Shown one piece after another: positions 24,954 to 40,200 of a DNA stretch of 64,000 nucleotides; the stretch's first letter is position 1, and every line of letters begins with the position of its first letter. A program made the translations under genes and the position numbers. The stretch spans positions 23,341 through 87,340 of the forward strand of contig MQRK01230191.1 in the NCBI GenBank assembly GCA_001938485.1, written 5' to 3'. Source of the DNA: Girardia tigrina (taxonomy: Eukaryota). The notes beneath the pieces were generated by a model. The model saw only the letters and a program-made list of their open reading frames with translations, was not told where the DNA came from and did not search any database.

Positions 24954-25198
24954 TAATGGTTAAAAATAAAAAAAATGTAATTATGATAAATGAATTATAA
25001 TAATAATAAAGTCATACCTAAATAGACAAAAATTACGATAACCTATATAGGATGTACTTTTTTTGAAAAAAATGAGTTTACAATGGAATAATTAACCAAT
25101 AAAAATTTAATGTTTTAATAATTTTTATTTAAGTTTCATCATTTTTAGGGAAAAAAATAACTATTTTATACTGAAAACATATTTTCATCGATGACGAC

Positions 25199-28090
25199 TG
25201 TTGCAGAGAATGAATAACAGGTTCCTAAATTGTATGAAATAGAAAAAACACGTTTTTCACAAAATACCGAAATATTTAAACAAAATATAAAAATCGAATT
25301 AACGAGATTATTATTTTCGATTATCATCTCATCGCACATCCCCACCAGATTCGTCCGTACCCGAATCTTCATCTACGATGTAGTCATCCAAGTATTTAGG
25401 CCTTCTTCGCACACGCTTCATATGGGTAGTCGCTGGTTCATCGACTTCTAACTCTGTGTCCCAAGACAAAGCGGTGTTCTTCACGTTCTCGCATTCGACT
25501 CTTCTCGGCCGTAAATCAGCAACATGCCGAGGGAACCTCAACCCATTACAATCCCCTAAATATTTACAGTATGATAATTTTTTTAATACTTGACCCTTTA
25601 ACCCTTGTTGCGTGCACCCTGTGCTTCCCATTGGTTTCACCCAGACTAAATGATAGTCACAATACATTGTATCTTTTGTACTGCCCTCTATCTCATTGTC
25701 ACTTTTTTGGCTTACGGGTTTCATACATTTATAACTGTATATCATCCAACTCGGTGGTTCTTTGTTCTCCGACGGCGTATTGTTGTACCACCATACTGCT
25801 TCTGCAATTGTAATGTTTGATCTCGCCGCAATTCTTTTGATCGTCCTATGATTTCTTTCAACGATCCCGTTCCCACCAGGTCGATTGCTCGCTCGATGAA
25901 TTAACTCTACTCCCCATCGATTGCTAACCTCAACAAACTCCTTTGAGTAAAAAGTGGTGTAATTGTCTACTAACAATTCGCTGGGGGCTCCGCGTTAAAA
26001 AAATATAGAATCTATTACCGTGGAGATGGAGTACGAACTTTCGTCACCAATTTCTTTCCAAATTGCAAATCTGGATGGTCCACAATCGATTAAGCTTAAA
26101 TACTTCCTGTCGTTGTATTTTGTCACATCGATTGCCAATCTATACCAATTCTCCCTTACTGCACGCAACCGTGATTCCATTTAACCGGTGCGGGATCAAT
26201 TAACTGGCATTTTTGACATTTTGAAATCATGTTCGTGATATCTTTATCCGTTATTTGAATGTTTTCAATCCCACAGAGAAATTTCATTCGTTTCGCTTCC
26301 AAATGGCATTTCTTATGAAGGTTATCTAATCTTTCAATTTCACTTGTCGTGGCCACGCAGCATACATTTTTAGTTACTGCCTTCGGTATCCTGGTCATCT
26401 CATCCGCTTTATTCAGACTACTCGCTACGAACTCTATCTTTATCATTATGTTAAAATCATTACAAATTTCCTTAATGATTGATAACCGCCGTCTGATAAG
26501 CAATTCTGAAAAGGCGCTCGTATTCAACCTAGATTTACTTGTGATCACGTCATTCACCCAGGAGACTACTGATTTATTGTCACACTTTATCATGATGTCC
26601 GTCATTCCCCATTTCGCGCACAAATTAAGCCCTTTCACGACCGCTTCCAGCTCAGCGATATTTATATGCCTTTAATCGTCTTTTTTCCTCAACCATGACC
26701 CGTCTTCGATAATTTTACCATTAACCTCAAGTAATACACCCATCGCTATTGAACTTGCATCACACCACAAAGTGCCCACTTTACAATCGCCGATGCTCCA
26801 CGTGCACGACATGGGTCATTTTCTTCTACCCTTTCCAAAATCCATTTTACCTTCTCAACCACAGATTCGTCCACCGGCGAATCCCAATCCCCCACCGAAG
26901 TTCGTTAGAGGAAGGAACACGCCAATCGTAACCATAACGCTATGGGGTAAATGCCAGTGAGTTTCCCACACAGAAAATAAAGCTCTCGTCGCGACATCGA
27001 TTCAGATAAGTCTTTGACCCGTATTCGGTTCGATCGGTTCCACATGATGCTCCCGTCAATGTTTTTAACATCCACTCCGAGAACTCTTACTTTTCTGACA
27101 TCATTTACGCGCTCGGGCTGTTTGCACTCTAACCAAAATTTCTTGAACAAACATCTCACTTCATCCGTATTAACCTTGAACTCATCTACAAAAATATCAT
27201 CAACATAGGATCTAGTGGCAGCAATAATCGTTTGATCGGACGACAAGACTTTTCTCACAATTTCTGTCATGATGGTAGGGGCTGTATTTAGACCGAATCC
27301 CATCCGTGTTAACGCGAACTTTTTTCCGTTGATAATACATGACTGAAACCGCCACATGGTGGGATCAACATGAATTTGCATGTATGCATCAGATAAGTCC
27401 AAAATTGCAAAACTGTCACTCTTCCTTCTCCACTCACGTAACTTTTCTACACAAACGTCCGAAGAACCGCTGTAAACATCGATATATTTGTTCAATTCCA
27501 TGAAATCGAACACAGGTCTTATCTTATCCTTATTCAACTGGGCTATACCATAAATTGGGATCGACCCCACTGACGTGCCCATTTTCTCGTCGTCATACTC
27601 TATTAAGTACCCTTTTTCCATCCATTTATTTAAAATATCCATCGTTGATTCGTCTTTTGGTTTTGACTCTTTCAATACGGTTTTTTTCCACGGTAACTGA
27701 TCGGGGACATCCGATTTCCAATCCCAAGAAACTGTCCACACTTTGTCGAAATGAATCCTGAAATTATGTTTCTTCGTGCCTCCCTCTTCAGTAATTCTAG
27801 TCCCAGATAACTCGTCACTTGGACCCGACTACAAACATTTACTAGATCGGAATTCACCCCAAACTTTACACTTCCATTATGGAACACCATTCCTCCTAAT
27901 TTTGCAATCACATCAACACCCAACAATAAATCCAAATTTTCCGGCAACGTATTCATTACAATGCAATTTTCGGTTACCTCTTTATCATCCACATTGATCC
28001 TTGCTGTACCCACAAACACTCGAGACTCATTAGCCAGATCGCGTATTTCAACATCTGTTCCTTGAAGTTATCTAAGGATATGACAGGAGG
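25199..28090 (-). mobile_element. Ty3/Gypsy retrotransposon (PR-RT-RH-IN, 3' LTR 25199-25338), decayed
   Basis: LDLSDAYMQI, GFGLNTAP, SYVDDI; RNase H WCDASS..AELEAV..CDNKSV; integrase LVDN..GNGIVERNHRTIK; purine tract GGTGGGGA then a 140-bp TG..CA LTR. Confidence 0.92.
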
Positions 28091-28679
28091 GGGAGTGATT
28101 TGTTTATTCATTCCAGACTGGATTTAATTTCCTTTCAGGTTTTTCATTTTAGGTTGCTACCCGTATTCGCACATTGTATACAGGATGTCGCTGTCATTCA
28201 TCCATGCTTTTGTTTACCCAGATTTCATGCATCTAGCTGTTGGTGATTGTCGCGTCTACCAGTGATTGCAGGTAATATGTTATGCGGGTAATTCATGTTT
28301 ATGTAATGTTCGTTGCAGATTCTATTAGCATTTCCTCGACAGATTTCGTCTGTTTATTCGGAATGAGCAGACATATGATTCATGTTGAATCATTTTAGTA
28401 AGTTACTTAATAAATTAAGGGTTTTTAATTAACTTTTCCTTCTTTTTTAAGGGCTTCTACAAGGTTTTCTGGAGTTGAGCTCGACGGGATTATAACAGGA
28501 CTCAATCCAGGGAATCTTCCTCTTCATGTCCTTCGTTCCACGCACACTCGGAGCTTATTTAAACCTAACGGGGATAGTCGAGTTTGATTATCCCCAATCT
28601 CTACAATGCTTCCGTGTGTATGAGACGTTGTAAATGAAGAGGGGTTCTCTCAAAATGTAAGTGACGTGTATTCTATATT

Positions 28680-29473
28680 CGTATCGTAACAAATTATGTC
28701 ACACGAAAAATGACTTTTTTAATCCCATCCCCCCCTGTCACAAAATCTTAACCCCCCACCCCTCTTTCTGACGTCAAAAAAAGTCGTTAAAATCATTTAT
28801 GAATAGAAAATACTATAATTCACATTATTTTAGTATATAAATATCATTTTTTTCAAAATTCCATATATTTTTCAAGTGTGTTTCCAATATTAATCAAAGG
28901 AATATTTCCATCGAGTGTGCATAGATAAGGTTCAATGACTTGAGCATCGAGATATTCTTCATGTATTCATTCGACATCTACAACAATTTCAATCAAGATT
29001 TCTTTCTTTCACTTTACTATTACTTTTTTGGCTTCTTTTTAGTGTTGATAATACGATTATCGATGATCTTACAATGAATTTTTAACAATGCTAAAGCGCA
29101 ATATAAATTACAGTCTACACAGACTCGACTTGAAACAATTTGGCTGATAGAAGGACAATATTTATTGTAAGGAATATTTTGACTAGAAAATGCCTGATTT
29201 TTAAATAAATTAATAAACTTTGCACCACTATCTTATCATACATTTTAAGCAATAATTTAGTCAAAATAATAAAAAAATTAAATCATGAGAAACTCATTCT
29301 TCAAATTTTATCATTGATTACTCAAATATTTTAGGATTTGATACCATTGATTTTTATCTTAGAAAATCTTTGTAATGTCACAAATTATCATAACCCCCCC
29401 CCTGTTAGAAAATGTCACAAACTTCTAGACCCCTCCCCCTCTAAAAGTGTGACATTATTTATGAAAGGTCCTT
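28680..29473 (-). mobile_element. DNA-transposon remnant, tentatively Sola-like
   Basis: GTCACA and poly-C subterminal motifs at both ends; internal PYNKYCPSI..RVCVDCNLYC fragment. Confidence 0.35.
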
Positions 29474-29901
29474 TATGAAGATTCATTATTTATAATTATC
29501 CAGCTTAATTATTAGATAAATTATTACCAAAATACATATTTTTTATACTTACCAAGTTTTGACATCTTTAATTTATAAAAAAGGTTTTAGACATTATATT
29601 TTAAACATGAGCATTATAAAAGTATTTCTTTTTATGTTAATTATGAAGTTTACAAAGGTAAAATTTCAAAGCTTTTTTCGCAAAGTTTCTAACTTATTTT
29701 TTTGTTACGACAGACTATTTTTTATCAATATTCATTTTAAATTTAGAAAATTTTTTGATAGTTTATTATTATTGGAGTTTTAATTAGTTCGATACAAAAT
29801 AATTATTTATTAAATTTGATTAATAGAAAAATAAAATTAAAACTCAAGATTGTCATATTTCTATAAAAATATCAAAAGAATTTATTATACAATACAAACT
29901 A

Positions 29902-31182
29902 TTAATTTAAAATGTTTTGTTTTATTTCCATATCGCTACATGGAAGAAGTTTTGCAGATTCTAAAAATTTCAATGATTGAGCATAGTTTGCAAAGGATTT
30001 GTAGCAAAGCGAAATAAAATAATGATTTTCGGCGTATGTATTTGGTGCCAGAACTTCACACTATTATCACAATAAATAATAAGTTAGATGTAAATTATGC
30101 TTTACTTTTTGAAAACACTGGAACGCTTCTTCAATGGTCGAATTTGGAGGAGTTTCAAAAAGCAAAGAAGCTAATTTTCTTTCAACAAATCGTAGATTAC
30201 AGACCTAATTAGATAAAATGAAAAACATTATTTTTATAAAATAACATGTCATTTATATAAAAAAAGTTTAACTGTATTAATAAATTGAATTTCAAATATC
30301 TGTTCAAGAGGTACAAATAAGTATTCTATTCATCTTTATTTATCCTTAAATCCACATCCTTAACTCATCATACAGTTCCTCTGAGTTTTTTTTATTCAAT
30401 CATCTCAAGTAATCCCAACGTTATCAAAAAAGATTTACAATCAATGAACTTCTGGACGACAAAAGCTCAAATTTTATTTGAACTAGTTAAGAGTTTGTAA
30501 AAATATGTGACGGCTTTTAGAAACATAATTGAACCAAAAAATTCTATTTGTTTATTATTATAGATAAAAAGTTATTTTCAGATTGTCAAAGGTATTAAAT
30601 TTATTTATTAGGCAGATCACGTATATTCATAATTGAAGTTTTGATTTACATTTATCTAAAGCACTGAAGATAAGTAGCTTCTCTTTCGAATTTTAATAAT
30701 CTTAAGTCATGTCATTTCATTATGCTTACATACCTAATTAGACAAACGACGGATAGTATCAAGATGACCAAATATGTGTTAATATTATAAATCCAAAAGG
30801 GTGTTATTTATCTTCGATATATTAGATTAGGCATATTAAATAACATGTTTAATTAGAAAAAATTGAACTTTTGCAAAATGAAATTAAACTTCGGTATTAA
30901 GTGTCCCCGTACCAACCAACCGTAGATAATCTTTCGATTTTTTATTTATTCAATAATTCTCTATAAAAAAACTTTGAACTTTTTGCAAAAGTTCAATTTC
31001 ATTGTAAAAATGCTATATAATGGACTTGTGACTGTGTTATCTTTCTTAATTTTCTAATTAAACGTATTTTTTAATTTCATTCCATAACTTAACAGTACAT
31101 GTCAATGGTCAAAGAATATCAACATTGAGAATTTAAATAAAGGATTTTTAAATTTAATTAGGCTACTGTTTAGACTGGTCAT

Positions 31183-31223
<41 letters not shown>

Positions 31224-34200
31224 CTGTTATTCAATTCATAGTGACGTGATCCATCTAATGTTATACGCATCCCGATAATAACTTCGGCTGGACTAAACCC
31301 AGTTGAACTTTGTCTTGAAGCGTTTATGCTAAATTCAATCTCTGGTAAAATATCTACCCAATTATTTCTTCCTTCATCCTTTAATGATGCATTCAAGAAA
31401 TCCCGGATGGTGCGGAATTGGCGCTCTATCATCCCATTTGTATTGTGATGGTAAGGACTTGGATATTGTATGTCAATTAACATGGATTTTGTAAATTCAA
31501 GAAACGAGCGTGATTCGAAAACCTTTCCTCGGTCCACATGAATGCAAGCCGGAGCTCCGAACCTAAATATCCATTGTCGTAATATTGTCTGTATCGTTGT
31601 AGTCTCATCTTGATTACTGACAGCCGTTAAACTAATATANNNNNNNNNNNNNNNNNNNNNNNNNNNNNNNNNNNNNNNNNNNNNNNNNNNNNNNNNNNNN
31701 NNNNNNNNNNNNNNNNNNNNNNNNNNNNNNNNNNNNNNNNNNNNNNNNNNNNNNNNNNNNNNNNNNNNNNNNNNNNNNNNNNNNNNNNNNNNNNNNNNNN
31801 NNNNNNNNNNNNNNNNNNNNNNNNNTAACTTGTTCCATGAAATCTTCCATATCATATTCATTTCGCATAAATGAATACGTTTTCATAAATCCAGCATGAC
31901 ATAAGTATCTATGGAAAAAGATTATACAAGCATGTCATTCACTTTTTGGAATCCAAATCTTGTCATTTAGGGTTCTGACACATCCTTTGGATAATTTAAA
32001 TGTTTGACAAGTATTGTTCTTTATTTGTCCAAGAATTTCCATAATTTCCGTGCTCTTCTGTTGCCATGGTATGGGAGATCTCTCTTCATCTATTGCTAAC
32101 ATTCTCACTTTCTGTTTTGATAATTTTGGCTGCTCGTGTTGAATCATACACTGTNNNNNTACTGTACATTCATTCCGAGACAACGCATCTGCATTTTGAT
32201 GTATTTCTCCTTTTCTATATTCTAATTTCATATCTAGACTGCTTAAATAATTCATCCAGTTTTGAAATTGCGGAGTAATTGGATTTTTTGTTGTCATCAT
32301 AAAAACAATTTCATCATAAAAACCTTGTGATCCGTTCTCAGTTTAAAATGTGCACCGTAAAGAAAATGTTTAAAATGTTGAGTAAAATGAAATATTGCTA
32401 ATAATTCTTTCCTTGTTATACAATAACCAATTTCATGTTTCGACATCGACCTTGATCCATACACGATGACTCGCTCTTCACCTTTGTCAACTAACTGAGA
32501 CAGAACCGCACCAATTGTATCGAAAGATGCATCTGTATCTAAAATAAACTGCTTTTTAAAATTTGGATAGCATAATACAGGCAGTTGTCATGGCTGTTTT
32601 TAACTTTTTAAAAGCCTCTGAATGAGATACGTTCCAATAAAGTCTATCTTTAGAACTTCCACACATTGCTTCCAACGGTTTTGCTAGTTTTGAATAATCT
32701 ACAATGAANNNNNNNNNNNNNNNNNNNNNNNNNNNNNNNNNNNNNNNNNNNNNNNNNNNNNNNNNNNNNNNNNNNNNNNNNNNNNNNNTGGATTTTCTCC
32801 GGATCCGTTTTGATTCCTTCTCTATTTACAATATGTCCAAGAAAACGCATCTCCTTCTGGAAAAATTTACATTTTTCTGGGTTAATTCTTAGGCCTGCTG
32901 ATTGAATTCTCGAAAATAACCGGTCCAGTCTTTTTAAATGCTAGTCTTCTGTTTCTGAAAAAAACAACACGTCATCAAGATATACCACTGCCTCTTTCCA
33001 TAGCATATCCTTCAATATTTCATTCATTAATTTTTGGAAAGTAGCCGGTGCTGCTGCTATGCCGAATGGCATTCTTGTAAAACAAAATTGTCCGGTCCTT
33101 GTAGAAAAAGCCGTTTTCATCTTTGAAGATTTTTCCAATTCGACCTGGTAATATGCATTACCCAGATCTATGGAACTAAACCACTTCATTCCAATTAAAG
33201 AATCCAACATCTCATCAACATTTGGAATAAGGAAAGCTGGTCTCTCAGTTACTTGATTTAGGAGCCGAAAATCTAAACACAAACGAATTTCATTTTTCTC
33301 CTTTTTCCACACACAAATTATTGGTGTGTTCCAAGGGGAAGAACATTTTTCTATTATTCCATTTCTTTCTAAATTCAATATTGCTTTCTCGATGTGATGT
33401 TCCAAATGTGCCGGCTGTCTACGAGGCTTCTGTAAAATTGGCTCACTAGATGTTTTTATTTTATGTCTGGTTAATGTAGTTTTCCCGATATCCTATTTTC
33501 CAGCCATAAAAATGTTCTTGTACTTATCTATACATCTATATAAATTTGTACCATCACGTAGATTTAATGTTTCTTTGGCTTTCAAAAATCTGTCTTTGTC
33601 CGTATAAATAAGTTTATCGATATATGGATCTAAAGCACATATTTCCGCGCACACTATATCAGGTGTAAATGATTCTTGTTTTATATTTTTGGCACCAAAT
33701 CACCACCTTAAATCGAGACCTAACGATCGAATTAATTCAATTCCGAAGATTATAGATGGAAAAACTGTTTTCGCAATATAAAAGACTGGATATAGTGTTA
33801 AATTTTGAAATTTTACCTTAATTTGACATGTACCACTCATCTCCATCCCACTGCCATTTGCACATACAACTGATGTTACGGTGTGCTTACTCATCGGTAC
33901 TTGTAATTGTTTAATAGTCTTTTCATCTTCAAACGCATCACCAGTGGAAGCACAGGAACGTGAATTTAAAGAAGGAGATTTAGTATTAGTTAAAGTTGAA
34001 AATCGTCAGAAAGGATCTGATAGATATGAAGGACCATTACAAATTAGTCGCAGAAAACATGATAGAAGCTTCGAACTGAAAAATAAAACCGGACGAGTAA
34101 TCTATAGAAATATAGAATGGCTAAAGCCTTTTAAAGCAGGGGGGTGTGAGAATAATTAATAACTATATATTTATAAATTAAAATACATATAATTATTTAT

Positions 34201-37200
34201 AGCAATATCATATTATATCAAAGGATCCTGAATATATAAAAACTCCTGAGATTGTTTAAATCAATCAGTGTAATTAATTTTAGACGCGCATTTTTTGATT
34301 GTGTCATAAAAATAAACATTATCTATTTTCTTGGACTTCTATTATGGAAAAATCTTATAATTGTTCATTGACGATTCTAGATTTTTGACTGTACTGTACT
34401 ATTAATTGACCAGAAAGTGAGGTTTGGGTGACTCATTGTTTTGTGTAAACGGTGGTGGATGGCAGAAACCAAGGGTGGCGTGAATTCATACACTTTTACC
34501 ATTACAAGTCAAATGTACAGCATGATTTACTGGCGGAAAAGGAGGGTGGTTAGGAAACGATGGATGGGAAAACGAGGTTTGAGTGTATATTTGAAACATT
34601 ATAAGTCAATTAAACATTCTAAATAGATATTAAAAATAAAATCAAATAAAGTTAACCTCGTAACAAAAGCGGCCTTTCAATAAATATGCATAAGCATCAT
34701 TTGGATTTAATTCAATACATTTATCTATATGTTCCTGAAAATATAATAATCATTAAAAAATAAATTTTATACATTAAGCAAACTTGTTAGCAATAGATAC
34801 AATTTAAAAAAATAGTTTTGTAAAAATAAAAAATATTTTTTGTATGTACTGTTTAAATTAATAGTAGCATTTTTGTTTATAAAGATAGTGTAAAATTATT
34901 TTAATGTGTCTAATGTCCACCAGATTCATCTGAAGAGAAGTAAAGAAAAATGTTTACACATAGTCTAACAAAATAGTAATTTTATTCAGTCAAGATCATT
35001 CTTTTGTTTTAATACAAATAATTATTTTTGAAATAAATTCAAATGAATATAAAATATTAAATAAAATGTTGGAAAAAAATTAAATCAGTTAAAAGTTTTT
35101 ATCACTATAACAAATTATTATCAAAGGATATTCCTAACCAAATGATAAAAATATATATTGATAAAAAATTAAAGTCATGTTTACAGCAATAATAAGCAAA
35201 ATTTAATTTCTTTATTTAAATATCTTTATTAATAAAAAAGTATTTTACCAATTTAAGAGCACTTAAAGACGTATCTGATAATGTGATACGTAATTTTGTA
35301 CAGAAAAAAAGATGTTTCATTAGTGTTGTTGACAGATCAGTTGAAGTTTTTGTAAACTGGTTGAAGTTGTATAAAGAATTCATCAGATCAATTAACTGTT
35401 GATTTATTCTTAAATTGATATAATGATTAATGTTCGATAATAAAATCGCATTGATTTCTGCATCTTGAACCGATAGTTTTTGAACCATAAAATTGATAGC
35501 AATAATTGCCACTCTGAGATTAGCTTCTTCATCACTCATTGCATTAAGAGAAATTTCAACCACCTTAAGTGACAGTGCAATATGTTTCAATAAGTCCAAG
35601 TTTAAATCATCAAAAAATAGTACTAAGCCAATTTCATTCAATACTTCCTTGGTAACATTGTATAAATTGATAAAATCTTCTAACGAGTTTTTTTTAATTT
35701 TTCAGGACTTTTGGATTTGAAAGCATCTGCTCAGATGGCTGTTTATTTGAAAATTTTTTACAATATATCACGCATCAATGTTTTCTTTAAAAGATTAATT
35801 TTTAAATTCAATAGTTTCATCATCCATTTCATCTAAGTCATCAACAAATACACCATCAGAACTATTTTCTTCGTTTAATTCAATTTGGTTAAAATTTCCT
35901 TTGTAAAATGTCTTAGTTACAACAAAGTGTAATACATGATCTAAACAAGCTTGATAAAAAGGAGGCGATTTATTATTAAATTTGATCATAATACATGCTC
36001 CATCAACAGTACTTGCAACAATATTATGTTCAAAGGAAATGTCGAATAAATAAATAGTCTAATTTAGATATGAAAACACTAAAATTTTAATTTAAATGTT
36101 ACAATCTCACAACTTCTCAATTTGAGAGTTTTAACAATTTTAAATTATAACGTTCAAAAATTTTTGTTAGAACAAAATCCTGTCATACAGAGTTCATAGA
36201 TTTAAAATACACAATGTAAACACTAAATATATGCAAGTATTTCATATGTACTTCTTTAAAACTGAAAACATGATTCTTAAAATTAATTCAATGAAAATAT
36301 TTACCAGATTAAAATGCAAAAGTCTAAAAGCGTCATAGATTGGGTCTATTCATGGGTCCCTTATGAAAATCTAAAAAACATGTTTGATTGCTTTAATGAA
36401 ATTTGTTAAAAACACTATAGAACTCAAATTTTTAAATTAACGATTTTATTATGTATTTATATCAAATTATAAGTTTATATATTAAACAATCAAGACCAAA
36501 AAAATAATTTTAACAAAGTTTGAATTTAATTAATAATTCTATTTAATTAATTACGAAAAATTCAAAAATATATATTAATTATGTAATATTTTTACATATT
36601 TTAAAATCTGAACATAAAATTAAAATCTACCTTAAATTTAAAACCGTTTAGAATTTTCTTTCCAGTATCACTTAAAAGTCCAGTTACTCCATATAATATT
36701 GCTAACCATTTGTGTGCTTCCGACGATCTTGGAGATTTTTTCACTGCCATCAAAGCATTATTAAAAGCTCCAAATATTCTCTGTCTTTTAACTTCATTTT
36801 CTAATTCTTGAGTAGTAGTAGTACGATAAGCAATTTTGGCATACCGCCAAAGAAACTCTCCAGAATCTTGAAACTAAAATTATTTCATTTAAAATAATGA
36901 AATTAAAAATTAAAATTGATATTTAAGACAATACAAAACTAAAAGTAATTATAAATTTATTAAGAATAATTTCAAGTTAAAAATTCATTGTTAGTGTTTT
37001 AAAATCAAATATGCTTTTAATTACAATTGAAAATTTATTTTTTCGATGTCCTAATAAGTTTTTAATAGTTGCGATGTTGGTAACTTTATAACAGTTAATT
37101 GGGAAAAAATATTTTCATAAACAAAAAAAGCTAAGGATTTTGAGAGTTTTAAAAAAATTTATTTTAAATAAAAACATATTAATTGTGAATAAATTGAAAA

Positions 37201-40200
37201 AAAATTGGCAGATTATTAAAATCAAAATTCGAAAGCCAGTTGAAAATATTTATTAATTTCGACGGTTTAACCGTCATCAAATGATTTTTCAACAAATGAT
37301 TTTTCAAACGAAATTTACTTATATAGTGCAGTTAATGATTATGTAATCAATACATAATCAGTACATCATTTAAAAACTCTCAACAAAGTTGTAGAGAATG
37401 CAGTTTGAACGTTAATTTTAGGATCCAAAGATCTTATATATAACACTTCACATGTCACTCTCTCCCAATAATTTTTAAAATGAGTGCACAGAATTTTAAA
37501 GTGTTGTGAAGTTATATCTCCTTTACAATGTCTTCTATATCCTGCAATGTTATTTCCACCTTCATTGCGACTGTGTTCTTGGATTCTCTTACTGAGATGA
37601 CGTGAAGTCTCTCCAATGTATGTGGCGTTACACCCATTAACATGTATATTGGTAAATGAGATCCGAACACATTCCCAATGGCGTTGAAGATTTATTGCCA
37701 AACATACTTTCAATTTTCTGGGTACGGGATATTACTTTTAAACTTATTGCATTATCAACGCTTTCAAAATAGAATTTTTAAATATTTTAAACCCGTCTAA
37801 TATGGCACAGTTAACACAACCAATTCCCAAACTTTTATCATTAGTGTTGCAAGATTGCTCTTGATCTTGAACATCTAAAATTTTAGTATTACTTTTTTTG
37901 TCATACATATTAAGCAATTTAAATTTATAAGTATTTCTTAAAAAATCAAAAATTCGATTGACTATAAAAGAAAATTTAGTTTAACAATTTAAATATCGCA
38001 AATTTTAATACTTGAACTTTGGAGAGACAAGTCATTACTTTTGTACTAGAATTACTGATGTTGAGATAAAATAGTTCAATTATGGAATCTATTGATCCCT
38101 CTATGATAGGCATCAGTATATAAAGTTTTATATCACAATTTTACCGGCTTTTTAACTCTTCATTTAAATAATAAATATTTTTTTATAATCTAAAGGAAAA
38201 GAATTTCTCAAAGGCTAAGAACTTTTCTATCGAGGTTCAGAGAATTTCATTTAAATTATTTATGATAATTAAATATTTTTTTTGCAAAATAAAATCTACA
38301 TAGATCAAAAAGAAAACGGACCAAGGATAGACACAAATACAAAAACTCATAAGCATTCAGTTTTGAATAATTTGTTTCATATTAGATAATGATGATTTGT
38401 ATTCGTAAATATTATAATATGAATATTTAATATATAATAAGACATAAATATTAGTGTAGATTAAATAATGTCCAAAAATTCGAACTTAAATATTTATAAC
38501 GGAATTGTGGTACAACTTATTTCGAAATTGGAATTTAAAATGAACATTAAATTATTTTTAAATTATGAGATATACCTTTTGAGAAATACTTATAAAGATC
38601 ATAAGACTTGTTTCATCACCAGTACTTGCAACAATATTATGTTCAAAGGAAATATTAAATAAATAAATAGTCTAATTTAGATATGAAAACACTAAAATTT
38701 TAATTTAAATGTTACAATCTTACTGAATCACAGAACTGATAACACCATAAAGAAAAAGGTTCAAAGATTTTAAAGGTTTAATAATTTTAAATTTTATTGT
38801 TTTGCATTGTTAGATTTACTTATTGTCTAAATAGTTATTAAATAAAATAAAAAGGAACTTGTAGTAAACAGCATGACTTTTTGCAACAACTTATAGTTTA
38901 AATGTATTTCGTTAAGCAAAATAAAAGAAAAGTTAAAAAAATCGATATAAAATGAATAGTTAAGGAAAGCATTTTCCATTTGCCTTTCAATATAAACTTA
39001 AGCAATTAATAATAAAATAAAAATAATACTAATCTAAATTTAAATAAAAATAAAACAATAAAAATAACAATATCTTTCATAATGATTTTAAACCGAATTT
39101 CTTTTCATTCTTTGTGTAATTTAAAAATTAAAGATTAAAAATAAAATTGAAGACTACTTTATTTTTAACAGATTAAAATTTTAAGAAAAAAATCTATTAA
39201 TCAATTACTCTACATGGACTAAAAATTTAGCCAATCCATAAATAATATATTCATGGAACTCATAGTAAATATGTTCTTAACAGCAGTGACACTATTTTTC
39301 CCGAAAATAATCATAAAGGACAAATAAACGCGTGATCAAAATGAGTCGATTCTGCTGTAAATAAATACTTCGCAACTTTTTTTAATTTATTTTACGAAAG
39401 TTTGTTGATGAATTAATTTTTTTCTGTTTTTTTTAATATTTAATCAAATTAATTTATAAGATAATTTTTTAAAATGAAATATATAAAATAACTTTTGTTT
39501 GGTAGATCCAGAAAATTCGTCCTCAGAAAAAAATTTGTTTTTACTAGTGTTTTTAAAATTTTATTGATCAAAAATAAAAGAATTATGAGGGACAAATTTA
39601 TGGATCCAGAAAAATATAAATTATTATATTCGAAATTTTAAATTAAATTAAGTGCAAATCGAAAATTATAATAGATTCATAAGATGTATTGAGATTTGTT
39701 TCATTTTAATTTTGAATTTTAAGTGATTCCCTTCAAGAATATATCACAAGACTGCGTAAGTCTACGATCATTCTAACTGTGTTGCAAATTCAGATATTTT
39801 TCTAATTAATATTAAGAAAAGTTAATACTTAAAATAGTAAAAGAATTATAAGATTAGTAACTCTGATTGTAGACATCAGTTGCCTAAATCTTTAAAAACT
39901 TTGTACTTATGTGATAATGAATGTAAAAATTTATTGAACAGATTGATTTGATATCAAAATTACATTATGGTTGAAATTAATTTCATCGATTTACACATGA
40001 TGGAAACATAATATGATCCTTTTTTTAACAAAGCAATTAATAAATATTTATGCATTGGTTTAAATTTCAAAAAAAATCAAATTCGTATAATCTGAAGAAA
40101 AGCCCATTCCCAAGCTGTTCTAATAAAATCAATTAAAGCATACTTAAATGAATCATTATGGAATTAAGTATTAATGTTACTTTTCCAATAATTTTTATCC

